Below are positions 25,922 through 39,036 of a stretch of 64,000 nt of DNA, one piece after another. Origin of the DNA: Callorhinchus milii (lineage: Eukaryota). The stretch lies in NCBI RefSeq assembly GCF_018977255.1, contig NW_024704743.1:33730001-33794000 (forward strand). The letters are read 5' to 3'. Position numbers and translations under genes: made by a program. How positions within the stretch are numbered: the stretch's first letter is position 1; each line of letters opens with the position of its first letter. The notes beneath the pieces are model-generated. The model did not search any database. It was not told the origin of the DNA and was given only the letters and a program-made list of their open reading frames with translations.

Positions 25922-27220
25922 TTGGGCAATGTTCATTTTTTTTTTGTTTTCAAGTTCTGCACTGCTAATGACTGATGAAAAGAAGTCTACAGAAAGGGTT
26001 TTGAGGATTTGTTTAAAAAAAAATCTTTGGCTAAGGATGTCATTAGTCATATGTGTCTTTCCACAAGTTGTTCAATGCAACAAACAAAGAGATTTATGTA
26101 TGAGCCAGTCTAACATATTTATATTTTTACTTGTGGATCAGATAAAGCACCAATTTGTCCATGATCTGTTAGTCACAGAGGCTTGCAAAACTGCAATGTT
26201 GTCAGCTCTGAGGTTGTGTGAGGTCGGCTACAGCAAATGGCACCCATTAACACGCTAGTTAATGTTATCTATGTAAAACATGTGGCATGATGTACAGTAT
26301 TATGTTGGCAGCAGAATAATATTTCAGGTTATCTTGTCTCAATTCCATTGCAGACTTCAGTATATATGTCGATGTGGTGTCAAATATGATGTGTAATAGT
26401 GAAGGACTTGATGGTGTTCATGTATTGTTCAAAAGGTCGAACTTAATAGCATTAATGTTGTTGGGGGTATTTTGCCAGATGAAATGCGTGTGCAGGTTCA
26501 TGAACTAGAATTGCTCATGTGTTGGGAAACCAGGCTTGATGCGTTGATGCATTATGCTTCTTAGGAAAGCTGCTCCCGAACCCACGTGCTGCTTTCAGTT
26601 GTAATTTTTTTCCCTTTCACTGTTGGCCATTGCAGATAAGGTATAAAATATGCAGAAGAGATAGTTAAAGATCAAGTGATGTGTGCATGTTGTATACTGC
26701 ACCAATAAATGATGTTTCACTGGGTTCATTCTGCAGGATAAAATGGCCATAATTCATGAGTGGGGCAAGAGGTCTGTCTCAGGAGTGACTCAAACACAGT
26801 AATTATGTTATTACTGCAATGCTGTCTTCTCTAGAAAGGAATTATGATTATTTTTTAAAATAATTTGCCAGTCTTTCACTGTGGACTGTGTAAGCATTCA
26901 GGTCCCGGTGATCATGTACAAGGCAAGGATGGGCTACCTTGCAATTATCTGCTAAATGCTCTGTGTTTATCACTGCATCACACAACAACTCGTTGATACT
27001 TTCATGTGCAGAAAGATTATTTGCGATTCCGAATGAGTCTGTTTGTGCTCCGGTGCTGTGTGACTAACAATGCTCACAGAGTGAACTCTTCTTTGCATAT
27101 AGCAATATAATGTGGACAGACTAGAGTCTGGTTGAAGCTGTTACCATTTAATTTACTAAATCTGAATTGAACCAAGCAACTCTTAATTCGCTATAAAACA
27201 CAATATCCAAAGCAACTCAA

Positions 27221-27445
27221 AAATAATGATAAACCTTGCATTTGATTAGGCGCCTTGGAACGTCCTCCCGACGTGAAATGTAATTTTGTTGTTGTAGTGC
27301 CTTATCACGTCTTCGAGACGTCTCAAAGCACTTCACAGATATACTGTAAAATGAATTGATTGTATATTTTGTTTGCAAAATACGGCAGGCAATTGTGCCG
27401 AGCAGTGTACCACAAACAGTCATGGATTGAGAGTCACCAAATTAT
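27221..27445 (-). mobile_element. SINE family A 3' half with a short inserted L2 tail
   Basis: Reverse complement of the SINE A body; + strand L2 tail at ~27247-27294. Confidence 0.8.
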
Positions 27446-28316
27446 TTCTATTTATTTTATTATTTATCTATTTATAGTCTGTTGTTGGTGTGGCTTAAAG
27501 ATACATTTGAAAACGTACCCCAAATATTCGCATTGAAGTTGCAGGGCCGTTTGTAAATATTACTGCAAGAGTTACCCAGAAAGACTACCGCTGACATCCA
27601 GCGTAATGTCAAACAATATCAATTGTGAGGTTTCAATTATATAGGATCATATAGGAATCGGCAGTAATGCCCTGACATGTCAAGAGGTTATAGGGCAATA
27701 AATGCAATGCTATGTTTTATAGTTTCAAAGCTGGTACGATTCCTGACTGTGTAGTTAGATAAGCTTCTTAATTCAAACTGTTACATGCTACATTTTATTA
27801 AAGTTTGTGGGTTGATCACAAGCTCAGTTGTAAAACTTGATTCCAGTCTCTGTAGATGGACAGTTTTTTGGAGTTGCAAATGACCCACCCATTTGCAAAG
27901 TCCAGGATCAAACAGTGAGGTGGATTTGTGGTAAACATAGCTGTAGGGAGGAAGGGCTCCAGCCTACACTGACCTGTCGCTCAGCACCCTGGAGGCAGAG
28001 TCGGCCTCATAATAGGAATGTCTTATTTGCTACCTCCCTCACTTGAGGGGATTAAGGGGCTGATGCTGAATAAGCCTGGTGCGCGGCATTATAACTGAAC
28101 GTCAAGAACATCGAGGATGGAAAGCATTGCTGTCCACCTTGATCGATATGCAGAGGAAAGCAGCTGCTGCTCAAGCTCCACACTCCCAACTGGTAGAAAC
28201 ATCGCTCAATGGGTAGGGATGTGTGTCCGAGCTGTGGGCAGGAAGGTGATGGCGTTCCTGGTATCTGGCATCCACTTTGTGAGGGTAAAAGACCAACTAT
28301 CTTCCTGGTTCCACTA

Positions 28317-28641
28317 TAATAATAATAATAATCCTTGCATTTGATATAGCGCTTTTCACGTCGGGAGGACGTCCCAAAGCGCTTCACAGAACACACTGTA
28401 AAATGAATTGACTGTATATTTGTGGACGAACGCAGCAGCCAATTGTGCACAGCACTGTCCCACAAACAGTCGTAGATTGAAAATGACTAATTTATTATTG
28501 TTTTTTGTTTTGGAGGGATTATTATCAGGCTCTGTGTGGAGTAAGGAAACTTGCCCAAGGTTTCGCCCTGACCTGCCTGGAATTGAACTCAGGTCTCTCG
28601 CTTGCAAATCGAGTGCTCTAACCACTGAGCTACAGGATTCC
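28317..28641 (-). mobile_element. SINE family A, with internal deletion
   Basis: Reverse complement has TCCTGTAGCTCAGTGGTTAGAGCAC head, AGTTCAATTCC B box, tail GACGTCCTCCCGACGTG..(ATT)n. Confidence 0.88.
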
Positions 28642-30681
28642 ACAGTAGATGGCCTTTAAGATACTCCTCCTGTTTCTTTTTTCCTACCTCCCACTTAGGG
28701 CTCCCATGCTTAGCTCAGGTGCCCAATCAAGCACTTTGAGACGTCCTCCCGATGTGCTCTTTGCACTGCATCTAGTACCCGGGCAGCCAGCCCTTTTGTA
28801 GCTGCAATCGGAACAGTACACCGTATGCCCAGTCAAACCAAGCCTGGTGCAACCTAACCATATGGCTTGACCAGGATTTGGGGGGACTCTGAATTCACCA
28901 GTGTGGCAGTGTAAGCCTGCATTCTGTTCCCTTGTTTATTGCTGCCTCGCACATTTGGGCATAGTTCATGCAGAACCACCGAACACCCTTAGGTCAAACC
29001 ATGTACCGTAGATGAATTGAGGTTCTTGAATACTCTAGGACTTTGAAAAGTTTAAAATGTGCCCTTGGATGCACTATTTCACCAACCAGTTATGTCCAGC
29101 AAACTTGATCTTCTTGTCACTGGTTCAATTGAGCATTTTGATGAAGGTCAAGCATGTTGCACAGTGCGTTTCTGCCCTTTTCTTATTGCGGATTCCAGGA
29201 AGACCACTGAATTTGTGATGCAAGATTCTTTTTGTCATTTGAACTGTTTAGAGCCCACTGAATCATCTGCTGAAGATACTAATGCTGGTCCCAGATATCC
29301 AAGACATACTTTCAGTACTCTTGTCTGGCAGTAACCTCCAGATCCTGTCGTTCTGTACAAATGACAGATGGCGTAGAGATTATGCCAGCTCTTTGTTTCA
29401 GTCTTAATATTGGACACAGAATCTCGGGTTTCTTAACTGTGTTCCATTCCACATCATGAAATGGTTTTGCTGGTAAAAGATATCAATAGGCATATCTTGG
29501 TTCAGGGAGAGAGACAACCATATTTCAAGGGCTTAACATCTGTTGTTTTATGAGATAAATCACATATGATTTATAATTTACCAATTCTAATTTTACAGAA
29601 TTTCCAGTGTGGGGGGNAGAAACAACTGGAACTTCCTTTGAATTTAGTTTTTTTTATGGCTGATTTTTGGGATAGATGTGAAAGGCACAGTTTGCACTTT
29701 ATTTGCCCTAATAATCTGTACATAAGCACTCCATGTCCTCCTATTTTGTGGTTTGCCTTATCACTGACCTTGCAGTTGAACAAGATTTAAAAAAAGGTTG
29801 GTAATCACCCGTTAACATCCCAGGGTATGGCTTATTCTCTGCCCACCCCCGGTTTTGTTGGGTCCACTCCCTCACCCTCCCCCCTCCCACTGTTATCCTT
29901 TCAGTGGGTCTTGCCATTCTATCAGTGGAGAAACGCAACTACACTCACCGAGACTGGCCAAAGGAGGATAAATTATTGTCTGTTCTGCTCTGTGAAACAC
30001 TTTAACACGTCCTTCCACCGCAAACAGTCCCTATATCAATGTATATTATTGCTAGTGTTGAAATTGTTGGTGGCATTGTGAGACCTGATGCTCTGAGAGC
30101 CTGCTCTAGATAAGCTTTCCCAAGTCAGAACCTTGTTAGGGCCCAGATTCCTACCATTTATAAAACGTACATCCAGACATGGGCTTTAATCATTCATAGA
30201 ATGTTCTTGGGCTTCCCGCAAAAGCCTAGTTCAGATGCAAGTGGTTTTCTTCATAACCCCAGATTCCATGATTTATTTGAGAATGCTGTTGGCATTACAG
30301 ACTAGCTACAGCCAGTGGGGATCAATACTACAAAGATCTTAGTGGTGGGAAAGCAAAGCCAATGCAGGTTTGGCAGAAATGCACCAGCATTGGAACGAGG
30401 ATGGAATTGGAAGTCATCCTTTCGAAAGAAAGTGCACAATTTGCATTGTTAAAAGAGATTTATTTGATCTGATTTCCTAATGGAGGTGAAATTTGCTGTG
30501 TTTCAAACCTGCCATTTTAAACGTCTAATAATAAAATATTAGTCAATATATGGAATACAGTTTTCAATGTATTTACACTGTTACACTTGTCTCCTGATGC
30601 ATTAGGTAAACCTAAATGGTAGGTCTGGTCTCTCCCATTAATTTGTTTTCATGTGCAACATACTGCATTCAAGTATAATGA

Positions 30682-31253
30682 AGTCCTGTAGCTCAGTAGT
30701 TAGAGCACTCGCCTCACAAGCGAGAGACCTTGGTTCGATTAAAGGCAGGACGAAATGTTGGACAAGTTTCCTTACTGCAGAAACGCTACTTCAGTGAGAG
30801 AGTAATAAACTTATGGAACAGGCTCCCTAGGGAGACAGTGGAAGCAGAAATGTCATTTGTTTTGAGAACAAATTAGATAGATTTCTGCTAGAAAATAATA
30901 TCTCGGGATACAGTGCATGGTTTGGGACACAACATGTCAAGCGACTGCCAGGATGGTGGAAGGCGAACTACGTGGACCTTGGAACAAAAACAGAAGTCGC
31001 TGGGAACACTCAGCATCTATGTAGAAAGGAAAGTGAGTCAATGTTTCGGGTCCACGACCCTTCGTCAGAACAAACCAATAATAAATTGGTCACTTCAATC
31101 CATGATTTTTGTGGGACACTGCTGTCACAATTGGCTGCTGCATTTCACCCACAATATATACGGTCAATTCACTTTACGCTATATTCTGTGAAGCGCTTTG
31201 AGACGTCCCAAAGACGCAATACGGCGCTATTATCAAATGCAAGGATTATTATT
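30682..31253 (+). mobile_element. Composite: SINE A head + CR1 3' fragment + Penelope-like short repeat + SINE A tail
   Basis: SINE head 30682-30776, CR1 piece 30777-30982, 30983-31071 segment, SINE tail ~31075-31253. Confidence 0.75.
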
Positions 31254-31324
31254 GTGTGTATGCAAGTTTGGTTGTTTTGCAGCACTCTTGCCTCTAGGTC
31301 AGCAGATTCCACAAAGTCATAATC

Positions 31325-31662
31325 TAGGCAGACCTTTCAGTACAATTCTGAGGGAGTGCTGCATTGCTGCCATCTTTCAGAAGATGCATTAAACCAAAGT
31401 CCAAAGATATATAAATGTTCCCATGACGCTATTTTGAAGAAGAGCAGGGAATTCTGGTTCCTGGCTAATAAACTATATCTCTCTCGTCCAAAATTCACTA
31501 AAACTCACAATATTTGGTGATTCATCCGTTAATGTTTGTAAAATGTTGATGGTGCGGGTTAGCTGTCATTAACTGCAGCAATCACTGCACTTCAAAGTTA
31601 CTTGGCGTGAAGCACTTTCGAAAGTTCTGAAATGCTAAATCATTGCATCAAATGCAAGTATT
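31325..31662 (+). mobile_element. SINE family B fragment
   Basis: GGGAGTGCTGCATTG..TTAAACC..CCCATGACGCTATTTTGAAGAAGAGCAGGG..AAATGCAAG. Confidence 0.6.
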
Positions 31663-31834
31663 ATATATTAACTGGGTACAGCCTTCAACAAAGGAATTGT
31701 GCAGGTTCTCCTGAGGACATAAAGTCTATACGGGGTATTTGACATTTTTTTTCTGGGTTATTTTATTAGGATTGAATCAGTAGCCAAAAGTTTTCATTTG
31801 CTTTGGTCTCTAAACTGATTTATTTATTGTACAG

Positions 31835-31927
31835 GGAAGATCTGTATCGCTGACTACGTTTTATCGGACAGCTAGAAACACAATGAACATGTGCTTCAGT
31901 AAGGAGCCAACGGCAGCTGAAGTGGAG
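31835..31927 (+). CDS. JARID2: JARID2 coding exon 9
   Basis: Manual translation [31 protein letters not shown]; tacag| and GAG|gtagga; 93 nt. Confidence 0.95.
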
Positions 31928-33667
31928 GTAGGAGTCTTATTACTCTATTTTAATAGTTTAGTTTTATGTTTAACTGGTGTCTAAAATCCTGTCTTCATAA
32001 TGGAGCGTGCAAAGGATTTGCAAACGTTGAATCCCGCAGAGACATTCAAGCTTATTATGAAGCCTCGGACTCAGTATGAAGGGAGGCGTGGAGAAAAGTG
32101 TCAACTGCGCTGTGCCCGTCAGGAGATTACGTGGGACCAGCAATCTTAATGATACAAACCCGGTTTCTGACAGGATTATGTCTTTCCAAATACTGTAGCG
32201 ATTACCCCAACTTGTGTTCAGAAATAGTAGTATTCTGACGAGGGAGGACAGGGGGCATAGACGGTGCATGAGAATATTCCTGGGGGGTGGGGGGCAGGGA
32301 AATGAGTAACTCAGTTAGTAGATTGGTCACCTTTAAGGCAACTGAGCTCTTGACTGACGGGTCCATCAGCCAATCAGAGGTGATGACACCCCTGACAAGT
32401 AGCCCACTGGACCGGACATAGGGTATTGCGGGGTGGGGGGGGCAGTGGGTGTCGCATATTGGGGCTGCTCGGCTCCCCTTAAAGAGGAGAACTGTGGATA
32501 GATTTGGAGGAGGCTGAGCCCCATTAACCCTAGCCACCCATCAGTGATCGCCTATGGCTAGGGGTGAGAAATAGATGCCTCTTGGGAATTTCTATGTATG
32601 CAAATGCACTTCCAGCGAAATCTAATTGATGACATTGAAGGCAGAAAATGATTGCAAGTAGTCAATGACTCCTTCGTTTTCCAGTTTTTAATGAAATGCA
32701 GATTGCATTGAGGCTTTTTTTTCTGTGATGCTGCTCTCTGTTTAAACTTGGGATGAAGAACGCAATGTATTAATGAATGAAACCTTGGGAATATTTCTTT
32801 ACCGAGTTGCATAATTCATTACATCGTGTACTTGAAGTTAAATCAGAATTCAATTAGAGCATGTAGATCAGAAAAAGGTTTGGTGAATAATAGAAACATT
32901 TGTTGAATTCTAATTTTCTATTGTGAGTGTAGAGTTCTGGCTTGAAAGAGGCAATTAATTTAACTTGAAAAAATTCATTGCACTTCAGTTTTTCTCCACC
33001 AATCTCTACTCTCACAGCATTCAGCTCACAGTCCACTCGTTTCCCCCCCCCTCCCCCCCCGTTCCCCACTCGCGCACACACACACACACTTTAATCTCAT
33101 TTAGAGAGGTCTTGGGTGGCTAGGGTTGAAAATGTAAAATGTCACCAAGGATTTCTTCCTTGAGAGTGGAGTTGGGAAAGGTGCTATACAAATGTAATTT
33201 TGTTGTTGTTGGGGCAGAGTGAAGTGAGCTTTATGCTGCATCACACCATGCAATAGCTGGTCTGGGATAGCTGACCCTGGCCTAGGATGTGATGCCTGAA
33301 ATGGGGAAAGTTTTTTCCCAGCATTAAAATGAAGCGCACGAGAACTTGCCTTTCTGAGCGCAGAATTAAACTGAACTCTTTTCTTGATTGTATGGGAGGT
33401 AGGAACTATTTTTTTTAAGTGTTAGATTTTAGCTTAAAAACCTAGCTGCAAGCAGGACCACTTGTAGCTTTAATTATTTGGGTTAAAACAGCCAACTTTC
33501 ATTTAAACTCTGCCGTCTTCCCCAAATTGAATATTATGTTTGTGATCTTTGTTAAAATAAAATTCACCATAACTGCTAATCGCTTCACTTGATGACAATG
33601 TTACACAGTGCTGAGTGCAGCTGAATGTGTTTGGTTTAAGATTTGCAATAACTTCTCTTAATTGCAG

Positions 33668-33786
33668 CAAGAATACTGGAGGATAGTGGAGCAGAAGGAT
33701 TCCCACGTAGCAGTACATTCTGGGAAAGTAGATACTAAAGCACATGGCAGTGGCTTCCCTGTTGGGAAGTCTGAACCTTTCTCAAG
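33668..33786 (+). CDS. JARID2: JARID2 coding exon 10 (GSGFP motif)
   Basis: [39 protein letters not shown](R); ttgcag| and AG|gtaac; phase 0/2. Confidence 0.95.
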
Positions 33787-35251
33787 GTAACGCTTGTGTT
33801 CATTGAATGCACCAAATGGCTGTTGTGACTTCTGTTGATCTAAGAGGTTTTTATTTTTAGTCATGCACCATCTTTGGGAAACCAGAACATCCTGTGAATA
33901 TTTTGGGCTTTTTTTTAAAAACAAGCATGTTTTCTTATAAATTTCCATCCTCACTCTGCCTAGTCCAGGCTGGCTGGCTCTGTTACTGTAGTTACTGTAG
34001 TTCCTGCCTTTGTGGACAGATACCATAGGGTTAGTCTCCAGTGTCTGAGTGAGATCCAGGATCACAAATTATTCGGATTTCCTTTCCACTCTTTCTCTCA
34101 AATAAAATCAAAAATGAAAACCTCAGAGAATTATTTTTAAAACTTTTAGCCAAGGCAATTGTAAAAACATCTGTGCACAAGACCGTGCTATTATGGGAAG
34201 TTTTTTAAAAAAAACTTTTTTACAGTAGTAGCCATTAGTTGGGTGGTGGGGGAGGAAGATCATTTGAATTACAAAGAAAGTATCTTCATTTTAAATAGTT
34301 TAAACAACCAAAAAAATCCCTCAGGGCTGACGGTTGACAGATTAGAAGTTTATAGACGGAGACAACTGAGGTGTAAATCCCCTGGTTTGCCATTAGGATT
34401 TTTAAAATAGAACTTAACTGAAATTTTTAAAAAATCTATAGATATGTATTTAACATATGTACTGTATATTTATATTTGTGCACATGTTATATTGATGCCC
34501 TGCTATTGTTGATTAGAATTTGAACAGTAATCTTAGATGGCAACACATTTGAATCTCATTTGGCCGAGAAGCATTTTTTTCATATTTTTAAAAAAAATTA
34601 GCTTAAACATATTAAAATACAATATTTGTTCAACTGGTAATTGACCCTTTTTGAATGCAAATCAGAACGAGAATTGTTCCGTAGCCAAGTGCAGTCAGTT
34701 GGATAAATTGCTAATACTGGTAATAATGTACACACACTGCACTAATGGCTGGTTGCACAGAATACTACTCCCACTCGCTGACCTGAAAATGGCCAAATCA
34801 AAACCAACCAGTTAGCACTGATCTCTCCACAAAGTGCTTTTTAAAAGTAAGCCCCTGCCTTGAAATATGGAGAAATGAGTAATGTTCTGTGTGTGTGTGT
34901 GAGATGAACACAAGTCCCAGACTTAGTTGAAGCCACATAGTCTTTAGGTACTGGTAATACTTTCTCTATAAGAAATGCAGTGATTTACTGTGGCAGTGAA
35001 TAAGTGGCAAGTTATCCTAGCATTGCAGTTTGGCCTGGAGGTGCAGCTCTGTATATGTGTATTGCACTGCTGTGTGATGAGATGCAGCGGGAGAGTACTT
35101 GGTCAAATCTCGTTTGCAGAGGCCTGGGATCTGATCACTTTCCTTGCCTCTCGCCTGCGGTTTATTTTTTTTTGTGTGTGGTGGGGATAGGCAGGGGACT
35201 GGAGAAAGAATGGTTGCAGATTCTTTTTCACACTTTATTTCCTTGCATCAG

Positions 35252-35322
35252 GCATGGATGGAACCTTACAGTCCTTCCTAATAATTCAGGATCCATCCTG
35301 CGACATTTTGGTGCTTTGTCAG
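35252..35322 (+). CDS. JARID2: JARID2 coding exon 11 (start of JmjC)
   Basis: [23 protein letters not shown](G); catcag| and G|gtgag; phase 2/1. Confidence 0.95.
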
Positions 35323-35715
35323 GTGAGACCTGTGCATGCACTATTTACTGGTTTTATTATTAATAATTCTGATATGAATAATAACTTGTTGCATTTTATA
35401 TAGCACTTTTCCCATTGAGAGGACGTATCAAAGTGTTTCACAAGATATACTGTTAATTTTAGTGATTGCTTTGCAGACAAAATGTTTGTCTGTGTGGAAT
35501 GTTTTCATTTTGCTGGGCAGATGCGTTATTTATATTTGCTGAAAAGCCCTGCTTGCTAAAAATCGCTTGTTAAATTATATTTTTAAGAACTTCACTTTCT
35601 CCAAATGTTTCTGTACTTGTTGGTGTACCTGGTCAAAATATTTTGGGCCACGAAAACTAGACTTTACTGTTCTGTGTATTGTGTCTGAGGGAATGTTATC
35701 TGTGTCTAATGCTGA

Positions 35716-35895
<180 letters not shown>

Positions 35896-37621
35896 TAAGT
35901 GCCTGCCCTTGGGGGAAGGGGGCAATCACCCCCTCCTCTTTAGCCCACTTACACCAGCGTACCAGAGTGGGTCTGGATCAACTGGCTCTGAAATAGTGTG
36001 TTTCTCTTTCCTAACCTATTTTCTCACTACACACACCCACACACATCTGCAAACACAGGGTCAAATCTGGTTGTTAACAATGGGAGCTCTGCATTTATGT
36101 TGCTTTGTGGGTTACCAGCGCAGGAATCAATTATAATCAAGCAGTTATGCAGTCTTGGTTTGAATCTTCATTCTAGAGAAAGTATTCAATGCAGCATCCC
36201 AAATGGCATGCTTTTCCTTTTTTTTTTGGGAGGGGAAAAAAAACTATGATTCTCTGTGAATTGTATCCTGCTGTATTTACACTCACTTTTAATCCCAAAT
36301 AGCTGTAGATTCAGGTTCAATCTGAATCTACAGCCTCAGTGTAAATAGAGCTTCTGTCAACTAGTCAGCATTTGGTCACAAAGTGTTACCAAGTACTTGA
36401 ATGTTAAGATAATAGTTCTTTTTAATTCTTCCACCAGATTGAACTGAAGACCTGCTTCACTGACACAGAAGTGAGTTAAACTTTTTGTCCATATCCTTAA
36501 ATTACCTTTAAAATTGCTTTAATCATCTTAGCAGTTAGCCAGCATGGACAGAACTTAGCATATCTGTGTCAGACAGGCAGAGTGTTCAGCACTTAAAAGG
36601 GGCAGCTGGATGGAACTTGCTGTTAGTTTAAACCTTGGAACAGGAATTGCCCCATATCCCCCTATTTGCACTTTTTCTGCATAATTTTTATTTTGCCATT
36701 TGCTTACGTGTGGTTCACTGGAGTTTGTCTCAATTCAGTGCAGAGAAGAGTGATATGGGTGGTGGGAGACATTGTGCTAAGACATGACACCAAAACAGAG
36801 GGTCTGATAACAATTTTTTCTTTGGAATTGTGCATTGTGCCCTTCTCGGGAGATGCAATCGTTAATAAATCACAAAAACCAGATTGACGTGTCCTTTTTA
36901 AAGCAAGTTCTTTCAGCTGAGATGCCCTTTCATGGTGCTATTTATAGTTTAAAGAACTCCAGTAATCTGCTAAACTTAATGGAAGCATTCAATTTTTCAC
37001 TCCCAAGTACTGATAACAACACCACCACCTTGCATTTATATAGCGCCCTTCACGTGGAGTAGCATCCTGGAGCACCTACTGATGGATTGGATTGTGTTGG
37101 CACAGGCCCCACAGAACACTGTCTGACCTAATTCCTAATATACTCTCCAACATCAAATTGGTCAGTGGTCAACCCCAGGTGATTCAGTCCAAGCATGCGA
37201 AGATGGTGAAGAGGGACTTATTGATGAGAAACTCTTTTTGTTCTCTCTCCGCCCATGTACCCTTTTTTCAATCAACATGAACTGAACACCCGTCTTTGAG
37301 TGAACTCGTTGCCTGGCAGAAGTGTGTTTAGCTTCTCAGCTAATTTTCAGTAACCTGCACGATTGTGCTATAAACTAAAGCTCTTCTTAACAAATTCTCT
37401 CAAAAACATATTTCAAAAAAAGTGCTTGCACGTGATATCAAATAGGAAAGTTGCGCTCAATTTCCCCAACAATTTATCTTGGTATATCCTTTTTTGGATG
37501 GGAGGCAGACATTTGGTGTGAATCTCTGCTGAAAATAATGCACACAACACAGGTCATCTCTACAGTCCAAACATACAACTACTGAAAATCAGCTACAAAG
37601 TGCACAGTGGAGAAAATAGGT

Positions 37622-37623
<2 letters not shown>

Positions 37624-37660
<37 letters not shown>
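37624..37660. repeat. (CT)n microsatellite
   Basis: Direct inspection. Confidence 0.9.
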
Positions 37661-37666
<6 letters not shown>

Positions 37667-39000
37667 TTCTCTCTTTACCCTGAGCCTGTATGTTCCAATT
37701 TGAACCCCAAAGTTGCCTTGGTAAAAGTGGAGAGCTGACATATTTGATCTTTCCGTGGTTGTCTCAATGGAATCGTACAATATTTACTGCACTGTAGGAG
37801 GCCGTTTGGCTTCTCATTTCTGTTGTGTGCAGTTTCAAGACATTGAAGTGAGATGTGCTCCATCATAAACTATGCGTTAACATTCCCAGCAGAATATTAG
37901 AAAATAAGAAGTAATGAAATAGCACAAGACAAATATTGCTCCAAATATTGCTGTTTGGAGTCTGATCCATCAAGCCTCCTTGCAAATATTCACACAAATG
38001 CTCTTTGGATTCTGTACTTTTTAAGACTAGTTGGGTTTTCACTCACACTGACTGACTGACTGACCCATTACCTCTCTCTGAATAGAGTTTTACCCTATAA
38101 AGTCCAGTCAGAAGCAAACTAGTGAAATGGGTCTTCAGAAGCAAAATATTCTTTGAATAGCACAACAACACCTCAAAATATTCCACAAAGCTGCTTAGAT
38201 GCAGATTATCTTTGTGTTGAAGGCTGCAGTTCATTTTAATTCAATTGATGAAGGCAAATATTTACTCCGGGTTCCCTCTGCTAGACTTCACGAAGAACCA
38301 ACTCTCTCTCCCCTGTCCGTCCGTCCGTCCGCCCCGCCTCCCCTCCCCGCCCCCCCTGCCCCCATCTCTGGAAAGGTAAGTAGCCATCGGATTTCTTGCA
38401 GGTCTCCATTGTTGCTGCTCCACAATCTGCAGGACATGCTTGTAATCAATGCCATGCGAGTCGCTGCTTAATTTTAATACCCTCTTTCCCCACCCATCAC
38501 TGTGGTGAGTGATGAATGTGTGAGGAGGATGAACTTGTTTTCTCCATGCCCTGGCTGCTGCTGCTACTGCTGCTTTACGTGGTGGCTTCAGACATAAGTT
38601 TGTATTTTTCTCAGCTCTGTACTGCACTAACCTATTGAAATGTTAATCACATTAACCTCCTAAAGAGCTAAGAACACAAGTTGGCCCATGGCAATTCCTT
38701 TTTCCTGCCTTTTCTCCAATATTCTTCAACCGGAAAGATCAGGACGACATGATTGATTTTTTTTTGGTGCACCTAGAAAAATGGAGTGGAATTAACATGG
38801 TTTCTTCAGGATCTATCAATTTTCATATTTATGAAAGACTGCTGTACTTGCTGAGCTTGGGATTGTGTGGCAGAAAGGAACATTGCAAAGTTTTTTTTTG
38901 CTTTTTACTTTGTGTGAAGGGGTATGTATTGGAGGACAGCAATGAGCAAATTCTACTTTTCCACATGTTCTCAGTTGCCCTGCATTACCATGGCATGATT

Positions 39001-39003
<3 letters not shown>

Positions 39004-39031
<28 letters not shown>
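39004..39031. repeat. (AT)n microsatellite
   Basis: Direct inspection. Confidence 0.9.

Positions 39032-39036
<5 letters not shown>

Noticed and set aside
29617..29617. Single N base
   Set aside because: Assembly ambiguity next to a G run; no biological meaning.
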